A stretch of DNA of 64,000 nucleotides from Phoronis australis (Eukaryota; Animalia; Phoronida), in NCBI GenBank assembly GCA_002633005.1, contig NMRA01000043.1:599466-663465 (forward strand), given 5' to 3'. The first letter of the stretch is position 1, and every line of letters starts with the position of its first letter. The notes below the pieces were generated by a model that worked only from the letters and a program-made list of their open reading frames with translations, had not been told where the DNA came from and ran no database searches. Positions 28,801-40,211 of this stretch are shown here, piece by piece. A program made the translations under genes and the position numbers.

Positions 28801-31800
28801 AGTGTCTCATGGCCATGTCTTTTTAGTAAAATTTACCAAAAAACAAGGGTACATTATTTGATAACAATTGTATGTTCAGTAAAATGATCAAATTTCTTTT
28901 GATGTAAGTATTCATGATGAAATATCAAAAACACTTTTATTCAGTTTATTTTAAATTCTCATTTCGTTCCATGCAACTTTTAATTTTTGTCATGAAAATC
29001 ATTAATGTCCTATTTTTGATAGCCACTCGTGCAAAAGTATAACATTTTAAAACTAATTTCTAGCAACGTATATGAGAACAGTGCTTCAACAGGCATGGTA
29101 TGTGAAAGCTCAACAAAAATATTTTTTAAACAATTCCTGACGAAAGCACCATTTCGTAACATCTGCACGTCCACTACAGAGTAATTCATTTTCCCCTGTG
29201 AGGAAATATCAAGAAAAAATCACAAAATTGATTATTTTTGAAATATGCGTGAAGGAAAACCTCTGTAGAGTTTCTAATCTTCATGCCATTAATGATAAAT
29301 ATGCACATGCGCTCACAGTCATTGAACAAACTGCTGACTGACAGGATGGATGTTAACGACAGATTATCATGTGTGATAGCGATCCAAATCTGAGGTTGAC
29401 AGCGCAGCATGAGGCAAGCGATTTTCAAAAAAGAATTCCAAGTGCATTTTGGAATATATTTGAATACTACGATACCTTTATAACTAATTTGAAAAAGTTA
29501 AGGACCAATTACCTCTTAATTCGATTGGCTGGTGCTTGAAGTTCCCATTGCGTTGTTTACATCAAAGACCAAGGATTCAAAGTTTTATATGAAACTGATG
29601 AGCCGTTTCTGAGATATGGTGTTCCCAAATTAGCCAAATTAAGACATTTCTAGGGTCCTACATAACCTCAAAGCATGACTCATACTCATCTGCTCTAACC
29701 TCCACGTTTGATTAATGGCCCCTAAGAATGTTCACTTCAATGCGCTCGAACGTGGTTAAACTTCCATGCAGCGCTCGTTGGGTTAAACAAAAGTGACGAA
29801 GTTCAAAGTCAAACAAGATAGGGGTGTTGCATCTTCCCATTCAAACTATGGGTGACCTCTGTTTGCATAATTAGAAATGCTAACTCATTGCATTAAAGGA
29901 CTTCTAAATAAAGAGTTCCACCACAAACATGATCCAAAACAAAAGTCTTCAAGAGATGGCGCTGCTGTTTGGGGCCTTTAAGTCCCCTGATTTCATTAAC
30001 ATTTCTTTTATAAAAAGCCCATGCTCAGCTTAGTGCCTCCTGATTGTTTTAGTTTTCAATCTAAATGTCTGAATGTTAAGCCTGCCAACTATGTGCAAGG
30101 TAATAGTTTTCCTCTTGCAGTAAAATTTCTTCAGTTTGGGGACACAGTATGGCGGACAGGTGAAATTTCATTTTGTCGTTCTCAACAAAAAATAAACTTT
30201 CAGGACAATTTACTTTACATTTAGCAAGGTTTGTGTGGCGTAGCTATTACCAAACAACATGTAAAATTTTGAGCATTTGCAACAATGCTGTATTAAGCCA
30301 CTAAAAATAGAAACGTGACAATTTTTGCAATAATTTTTAACCCAATTTGGAGAATTTCTGCCATAGTTGTACTGTTGTAACAGTTCCTAATTATTAGGAA
30401 TTACCTTCAAAGCAGTGTGCCTATTAGCATGTTTCACTGCTCATAATTTGGAATACTAGTGAGAGCCAGTGTTTAGTACCATACCTAGATTGTTGCGAAA
30501 AGGCACCTGACAAAGCCCTTTATTCATTCACCTTTTCATATTATTCTCAGATTCACAAGATCTGGACATGCTTTGAATATTGCTTCAGTCACCGACCTGA
30601 TCTCATGAGGAACAGACATCTAGATCAGGTGATCACCTTATAAAGTCTTTGTCTTAGTCCAGATTTTTGTTACATGTAATATGTGTCTCCGCTGCCATGC
30701 AAGCATGCTCTGTAAAAAACCTTTCTATCTAGACTTATGGTCTCGACATGGTCCATATTCTGATTATGTGCGTTTCACAGCTTGAAAAGAACTGTCACTT
30801 CATTACTGCTTGAGACCATGCGTGGCGCATAAAATGGCCCACTGTGACTAGTGAGCTTGTTGAGCTAAGAATCAAGTACTAAGAACTACTAGGCATTTCC
30901 AAGCCTAGAAACTGTCAATTCAAGTGGGGACCGAGTTGAGACTAATTTTATAAGTGGTCTAATTTAGTTTTTTTTTTGATGGAAGCAGGGCTTGGAATTT
31001 TCCGCGGAAACGCGGATTTCCGCTTTTTTCAAATGTGCTTTCCGCTTTTTTTATAATATTTCCGCGTAAAAAAATCGGATTTGATATAAAATTCCCGCGG
31101 CAAATTCCTTTCTTACCGCGGCGTTGCAGACGACGTTCACCTCAAAAAGCGGAAGTTGCTCTTTATGTTCGGAGGAACGTAAATTGTCAACATTGCCGGG
31201 GCATCTGGGATAGCGTGGTGTGATTTTCAATAGCGTCTCGTGTTATTGTTAAGCGCGGCGACAAATACTACCGCTGTGTAGCCAAAAATGTGTGGGTTGG
31301 GAGTAGACGGGCGAGCTAAAAGGACGCAGACGCATGCTACTGATGGTGGTAACGTTTTTATTATTTTTTTTTAGTCCTCCCGTTTTTTGTCGGGGAAAGG
31401 TTCACATTGACCAGTTCTAGGCTGGTTATCAGGCGATGATTTGGGCCGCAAAAGTTTCAAAGTTTCCGCGTTTTTTGTCATTGGTCATTCCAAGCCCTGT
31501 GGAAGGTGGGTTTGTTGTTTCAACATTAGCCCATACTTACATGTGGGTGCATATTGCCATCATCTCTATCTGGGAATCCTGCGTCTGGCGTCTGCAGCTG
31601 TATCTCCTAAACCCCTCGTAGTATCTTGATGAGATTTGGTAGATGTGCTCATGTGAAGGGACTACCAGTGTGACCACTAATGACAATTTTAGTTTTTCAC
31701 ATTTGTCTCTGTATCTTCGGAGTTCCTCAATGGCATATAGGCATCTATTAGTGAGATGACACTATCCTCTTTTTTTCAGATGGATTTGACATATTTTGTG

Positions 31801-34800
31801 CCACCTGGTGACCAAATTTACTGTTTTCGAGTTTGTGTTTTTGGCATCCGCACCTCTATCAACCAAACCACTTTAAGGATGATTGTGAAAATTGACGTAT
31901 ATGTTCTTACTGTGAGGAGGGCAGATGACGATGATTTTCGGACGACTTTGTCTACTGTGGTGCCTCCTAGTGGCAGTTTTGTTTATTTTTGCCCCCATGG
32001 CTGTATCTCCTAAACGCTCTGCAGGATCTTAATTAAATTTAGCTAGTGTATTTATATGAAGTTGACAACAGCCGACAACTTTCAGATGGATCGGACTAGT
32101 GGTGTGCCCCTTAGTGACAATTATAATTTTTTACGTTTACCTCTGTATCTTCAAAGGTCTTCAACAGATTTTCATGAAGTTTGGCTGATCGGCATCTATT
32201 AGTGAGATGACAGTATCGGATGGATTCGAGGTATTTTGTGCCATCTAGTGGCCATGTTTACTGTTTTCAAGTCTGTTTGCCCTCTGTCAACCAAACCACT
32301 CGAAGGATGATTGTGGAAATTTGCATATATGACCCTACTGTGAAGAGGACAACTGATAATAATTTTCCAACAACTTCGACTACTGTGGCGCCTCCTAGTA
32401 GCAGTTTTTTATGCCCATGGTCGTATCTTCTAAACGGTCTGCAGGATCTTAATCAAGTTTAACTAGTGTATTTATATGTAGTTGACAACAGACGACGACA
32501 ACTTTTTGACGGATGGAACTTCTTGTGTTTCCCTTAATGGCAATTTTAATTTTTTATGTTTACCTCTGTATCTTCAAAGGTCTTCAATGATTTTCATGAA
32601 ATTTGAAGGATATTTATTAAATTTATGATACAAATAAACACCCCTGGGTGCACACTGTTTGCAGTGCAGTCATGAGCGCATTTCAACGCTCTGCGTTGTT
32701 CTTGTTTTAGATATTGTGATTGAAGTTTGAACTCGATGTTTAAAATTTGAGAATGACAACTCTATACAGTTTTAGAGTGTATGGGACCTACTACACTCAT
32801 GACATCAGGGCCCGGGGTCTAATCTTAGTACACGAAATCAAACTCAAAATTATTTTTGGCGTATTCTGTTCAACTTTCATGCCAATTCATGGTAAATGTC
32901 TATTGTAGTGTCGTTGAGTACTGTGTGGTATATGTGATTCACTGTAAAATCCTATTTTACACTAGTTGACCCCAACATTAAAGTTAGAATTTCAGATCTG
33001 ACCTCAAAATCTCGTTTTTACTCGAGTTCGCAACTAGTATCTAGGGGTCATTAAATGCAAACTTAAAGAATAATAGACTCTTATCTTGAATTTGCACAAC
33101 AGTAGTATGGAAAGTGTCAAATATATTTTAAAGTTCAATTTCGAGTACAAAGATTAGACCTGCTGTGACTGCTACAAGAACATAAAATACAGTTGATTCA
33201 TAAACTTTATTTAGTTATTACACTTTTTGAAACCCAATTCATTGTAAAGAGTTCCTGAGTGTTGTTTTATAGTGGTGTTCTTGTTGTTGAGTATTGTATT
33301 TTATGGAGGTGTTCTTGTTGTTGAGATTGTATTTTATGGAGGTGTTCTTGTTGTTGAGATTGTATTTTATGGAGGTGTTCTTGTTGTTGAGTATTGTGTT
33401 TTATAGTGATGTTCTTGTTGTTGAGTATTGTGTTTTATGGAGGTGTTCTTGTTGTTGAGATTGTATTTTATGGAGGTGTTCTTGTTGTTGAGATTGTATT
33501 TTATGGAGGTGTTCTTGTTGTTGAGATTGTATTTTATAATGACATTCTTGTTGTTGAGTTTTATGTTCCATTGTTGAGTATTGTGTGTTTCATAATTGTG
33601 TTCTGTTATTAAGTATTTTGTTTCATAATGGTGTTCTTGCAGATAATGCTGTGTTCTATCTACGGCATTTGTAAAGTTGTTGAACACGAGGTCACCTTTA
33701 AAGAGATAGTGTCATACTACAAGCAACAGTTCCCTAATGTACCATCTGATGTAAGTACTGCCTGCGTGGACACAAGTTTATTTCTTTGACTCAGTTCTGT
33801 AAGGTTTATTAAGGAAATGCCAACCAGTACTGCCTGGTTGGATCTGAGATCACAAATGAGAATTTTTATTTTCCTGCGTCTTTCAGTAAGTGAAAAAACA
33901 AAAAGTGTCTTGAAGTGTTAAAAGATATTGCAGAGCAGATATTGTAGATTGTTTTGCAAAGCCATTTTGAGTGATGTGAGAAGCTGTTTGAAAAGTCTTG
34001 AGGTAGAAATGCTCAAACAAGAACGTGTTAAAGAACACTATTTTGTATATGTGTCAGATGCATGAAAAACGTCATGTAACCAGATTTGTCACATTGTTTG
34101 GGTAAAATGCATTCAACATTTGTTGTATACCAGGTGTTCTGCAACCATGTCCCCAAAATATAGGCTCATCGGCCTAGCTTTTTTTCCAAATACAGCCCCA
34201 ATTAAGATAAAAACTGAATCAGTGGTCATCACAAAATCTCGTAATTATGAATATTTGTCCTCATTCTATGTTGATGTCGTTGGCACGCCTTCTGCTTTCA
34301 TGTTACCTCAACGTGGTATGTCGAAGAAAGGCTTTGTCAACTAGTAGTATATATTTTGGAAGAAAAAGATCACGGATTATAAAAATATGCTTTATAATTA
34401 TGTGCCATTCATTATTACCATTGCAATAAAACTTTTTTGAAGTCAAATTTCATTTTTAAAAAATGTACATTCATAGCAAAATAACCTCTTAGTCGATTTC
34501 AATGAAACCTATTTTAAGTGAAAACTTACCGGTAACCTCAAAAATGCTGTTGGGAATTTTTATTAGTCTTAGTTTGGTTTCTTTGACAAATCAACTTGCG
34601 AAATGTTAAGTATTTTTGTAAAAAATAGCAGTTGTATTTGTCTTTGTTACATAACACAAAAACTATACTGAAAATCCTTACCGCATTTTTGAGATTGATG
34701 AATAAATATTAAGTTTGGAAAGTTTCAATGAAATCCACGGAGCCATTTTCGAGAATTCATGTTCCTTAAAGTTCAAGTTAAGTCAATTTGTCGAACTCAA

Positions 34801-37800
34801 AAAAACTCAAATAAGTAGTGAGACTGGAAAATCTCGAGGTCGTCAATTAATTATTCGGTGAAAATTTGTTTTCGGTCAGTATAGCCTATACATACCTTAA
34901 CCATGTTTGCTATTTCAACATTCACTGGCAATGTCCAGTGAATTTTTAGTGCCTAATTAACTTAATTATCGCAAAAATGTTTTTATCTTGTGACCATTTC
35001 CAGTCCTACTTAAAAGTAGGTCAACAGTTCATAGATATACACACCACGCACTAGGAGACTGATATGAAACCAAGTACGAAATGAACAACAGAAATGAAGT
35101 CGGTGGTTAATGTGCGTTGCGAGCATGAGATCAAAACAGCAAAATGTCAAATTACCTATGTGAATTTGGGTGAGGATTTATCTCTTTTCATTACTTGATG
35201 TGTTCGTGAACACAAGGTCACAGAGGTATGCAGTGACTCGGAGCATTCATTCTCAACGGTTGTATGTATGCAGACATACAACTCCATCAGGATCAAAACT
35301 ACGTTTTGTCTTCGTTTTCCCCGCTATCTTGCTATCATATGTACCCATCACTCACTCAGTATTATGGCAACTTGGGGAATGAAAGGACTCAGAGGATGCA
35401 CATGGAGCTGCTCTATGCCTCGTGGGAGATTCAATTTGAGTGACAGCACTGTAACCTTTGACCTCGGATAAGTAGGAAACAAGTTTCCAAGTGGTTGTGC
35501 GGTTTGAAGGTGGTTCTGCTAAATTTTTTTCTAGCTACACTGTATATATTTCGTATTTGAAGTTTCTCAAGAATGAAGATAAGGTATTTCGCTAGACATA
35601 TGTGAAATATTGCAAGACTGGACAATTTTTGTGAATAAGGTTTGAGGTATCCTTAAATAGGACTCTTTTCCAAAATTACATTTTTGCATATATTTGAGAT
35701 ATTAGAAACTAGGTAAAAATATTCCATTTCCAAATATTTGTCTTTTTATTAAAGAGTTTTTTAATTGCATTGTTTTTTAATTGGTTCAACTAAAAAGTCT
35801 AACTGACAGTTGTTGTTTACATTTGTCAAGTCATTTCAAATTGTTTCCCAGGTGTATAAAGATGTACTTGTCGATGGGGACCGTTATGGCACTATCATTA
35901 TGTTCTACAACGATGTCTTCATGAACCGCACCAAGTCATTCATCCTGCAGTTCTCGCCAACACGCCAGAACAAAGCCGTGAGTGCTTTTATTTAAACTGT
36001 GTCATGGACAATGTACATATTTTACTCCTGTCATTGAGTTGAACAGTAATGAGCAAGCTGACTATGTATATTTTGGAGCTATGGACGAATTCCAGCTGTG
36101 TAATTTAGTAGCTGTGGACTGTCAAAAGTGTATTCGCTTGTACAGTAGTTTTGAATTGCAGCAGAAGAAGAGAAGAGTTGTAAATATATTTTGTATCAAG
36201 ACTGCAACTGAATGGTGAACAGCATTTTGGAAGCCATGAACCATTGTCGGATAACTCTGATAGCAAATTGCAGTTTTATCTACTACCTAGTAGTCGGCAT
36301 TAAACATTACGTCGGTGGTCTCTTGGCTTTCTTAGATCTGCCTTTAGTTTAGTCAGTAAAATGAGAGACCAAAGGAAATTTCCATTGTAATCATAAGACG
36401 CTGGCTCTGTTTCGATTGGGTTGTGGGTTTCCTACCGTGTGCTGCATTCACACTCTCTGCTTGTATGCCCCTCTTTCCGCTGCCACGTGTATTTCACTGT
36501 TTATTTCGCTTTATATATGTTCATTCCACTTATTGCCTTATGATGAGACATGTAGTCTCGAAATATAGCTAGTGTTTTAATTTGTTTGTTTGTTAAGTCC
36601 CTTGGTGTTTTGCTATATAGCTGCACACCTGAAGAAAAAAGGTTGTTTTGACACTACAAGAAACTCAGACATACAGTTTAGTCGTGTTTTCAATGATTGA
36701 AGTTTGTGCTAACGAAGGGCTGCTGCCAAGCTATATTGTTTAGACTCATGCTGATCCAGTTTTGCGTCTTAATGTCATGTAAATGCAACCAAAGTGAAGC
36801 AAGTCACAGCGACAACTGTTCCCCATGTAAAAACAGCTTTTGGTTGATGCAGTTGCACATTGATCTACTTACATAATCTCAAAAGTAAACTGTGCTGCTT
36901 CCTTTATTAAGGGTAGTACTTAGAGGGACTGGGGGCAAGTGGAGCGCCCTCTTGAGGAACTGTTATTTGTCTAGTGAATATTACTGCTGCAGTGAAAACT
37001 GCCTGATGCTGACTAAAAAGTTGTCACATCAATGATTTTGAAACCAGTGAGACCTTAGTAAAATACAAATTACTTTGTTTCAGAAACCAGTATTATCGCC
37101 AGCGCCAAAAAGTGTGCCCTCACCTTTGACGAATTCCCCTGTCTACACGTGAGTAAATCAGCTGGGCTCTGACTTGGTAGCACCAGACCTGTGTACCATA
37201 CGCAAAAAATGCGGATTCGTACGGAAATCAAGCCTCCAGTACGCAAGTACGCACGGCCAGGCAAAAATACGCAGATTCAGCAAATTCAAAATAGATTATT
37301 AATTCGCTTGTTTCTCAATAAATACGCCGATTTGTAGTCTAAACGGACGAGGAAGAAGATTTTAAAGTTACAAATTAAAAAAAAATATTGTAAAATCATT
37401 ATTTTAGCCAAAAAGTTGAGCTACAAACTCTGAAAACTTGCTTCGTTTCATTCTCGAAATAGCCTGATAATCGGCGTATCGCGAGGCCTCTTCTACCGGT
37501 ATGCGTGTCGCAGGCCTAACCGATCAGCAACGACTTCTGTGATTTGTGGATTGCTTACTTCGTCTAATTCCGGCTATTTACGGCTAAATACGTATTGTTA
37601 ACAAAATGGCAAAGCATGAGTGGTCGCATATTCCGTGCATTTGAGAAACCAAAAGTCTGACAAAAGAAGACAAAAGTCGAGACAAGTATTCGGGGAAAGC
37701 TATGAACGTTGAACAAACCCCTTGTTTTTTTTGTTTTTTTTTTTTACTTTTAGTGAAAGGTCAACTGTGAAAAATTCAAACCCCCCCATATTTTAGGGTA

Positions 37801-40173
37801 AATTTGGTATCTACGCGAAAATTTGCGAATTTACTGAAAAATCTGCAAATCTGGTGTTCGGAGTACTCCAATGGAGTTTTGGTGGTACGCAGGTCTGTAG
37901 CACCATCTTTCACCACTTTCTTGATATGCTCAGCTGACTGGGATGTTTAAAACCTGATTTCAGTCAATCACTATTTAAGGTTATGCAGGACCTCATTGAG
38001 AAGTTTGCATATTTATCAAATATAAATAACTTAATATAGGTTTTAAAACTTTCTGAAAGTAGAAAGCCTGTAGAATTAAATTTTTCACATTCACCAATCT
38101 GGCATTGTTTTTTGATAGCTCCTCATGTCATGGTGGACTATTTTAAGGTAGGTGTATACACTGATCAAATCTCCAGGTTCCTAACTAAAATGAGTAAAAA
38201 GGGAGTTTTAACTAGTTAGATATGACACTGAAAGTGACAAAAATCGAAAAAAAAAGTTTTTTTTTGTATTTCGTTTTTTTAAAAAATCGTATTTTTTAAT
38301 TTTCAAAAAATCCAATTTTACCTCTAATTTTATTTCAAAATGCGCAGGGATCATCATCAACTGTTTCCCTACGCAATATTCTACTTATCCATACCAAATA
38401 TATGTACAAAATCATTATGATGTTGATTTTGTGGCATTTTTTGTGTGTGAGTTGGGGCAAGCACGCCCCTTTTTGTCATTNCCTGTTTGTTTACAGCGTA
38501 ATTTTAATCATTTTTTCGAACTTGTGAAGCACGACAGACGACCAAAACAAATATGGCTGTCACGTGGGCGGAGCTTAGCGTTGATCTATTGTCTGCTGTA
38601 CTGGTGTGCCGACCACACATTAAAACCATGTGCTGATTGTTTACACGATTCATCTGAACTCTCCACTCAGTTTGTAAAAGACTCTCTAACTATATTACAC
38701 AGACCTATTTGTTAGTATTCCAATATTATCATCAACCAATATATGTGATATATCAAATCGCCGCGTTACTGCCTACATAACAATGTTGGCGACGAGGATA
38801 AAGAACTACTTTCATAGTAATGGTTCAACATTTTTACGTGTTTTTACCGAATGGACTTTGGGATAAGAAAATATCACTTTCTGCGCAAATAGCGCCGCTT
38901 GGGTGAGATTCTCAAGTTACTAAAGTTTCTTATATTGCTTTCCTCTAAAATCGTATAATATCATGAGTTTTAATTCATTGTTACATTTGAATCTATGCAC
39001 TAGAAAAATTTTTGTTATGTTGAACACTGGGTCATTTCTCTAATTCTTTGGGTTACGGCCAGTGGCAAGTTAAAAATCCTCTGGGTTTGACAGCCTAGTT
39101 TCTCCACGGAGCGTTACCAGCACAGAAGCACGGTTTATCTGCGAAGACTCTATTCTGACGGCATGTAGTTGTCCATGTGTCGCGCGCAGGGCTTGTCTTC
39201 ACAGCGCTTGCATGCACTCTCACCGAATCGTGCAACACCACCCACGTCGACACTCAGCGTCCTCTTGCAAGACACCTGACCTTATATACTTTTCTTATAC
39301 ATGCACAATTTTTGCACGGACTCCTCGAGCTGAGTGCAGTGATGGCTTCGTTAGGGCTTGGCGTACTCAACTTAATTTTTTTGCAGATAGACAAACAGGC
39401 TCAGGAACAGGAGCTAGTTCACCATTTCACTACCAACTTTCACATGGTCAAAAATAGAATTGTTTTAGTTTTGGTCTTGCTACAACACCAATATCAGCTG
39501 GTACATCACTCTCGATTGCCCGGTTCCGCAATGCTTGTTGACAGGGTTAGATTAGAGCCAGTGTCCTTGTATATAAGCTCCGCCCCAGTTGTCAATCACT
39601 GAGCTGGTGAGCACTCAAGCCATATGACTTACTGAGGCTTGGTCAAATATAGCTAAAAAAACAACTTTGGATTTTCAGAATGATTTTATTTTTCTTCAGT
39701 GTACTGTGCATCAAGAATTAAAGATTAGGATGACATAAAAATGTAAAAAACAGTCAAAATTAATTTTTTTGTGTATCCACCTACCTTAAAAACAATTACT
39801 AACAGTGTTCTGGAAAATAGTGCATGAAGCATGATATCTGAAAGGTTCATATGAATCTGTTCAGCTCTTTCTCAGATATGGTGTTGCAAACTTAGCCAAA
39901 TTTCGTCATTTTTCTCTTATCCTACGTAATCTTCATGTTTTATGTATTATCTCCCACCTAGGCTGCCAGGAAGGAAGAACTTTTTCGTCTCGCCTATGAA
40001 AGAATCTCCGTTCAAAGCTCCCCCACCTGCATCACCAAGCCACATGACACCACGCACTCGTCAGCTTTACAGCTTTGGTGACACCATTGGAGTAAGTTGG
40101 AAAATAGATGTTCAAGAGAAGAGTTATATGTGCATGGATGTGTGTGTGTGTTCAGAAGTGTTATATGTGCGTA

Positions 40174-40211
<38 letters not shown>

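Noticed and set aside
33367-33687. Repetitive 106-aa and 72-aa ORFs
   Set aside because: Translations of the 33-bp minisatellite.
39177-39602. 141-aa ORF
   Set aside because: Inside the TTAA-flanked element, non-ATG start, no recognisable motif.
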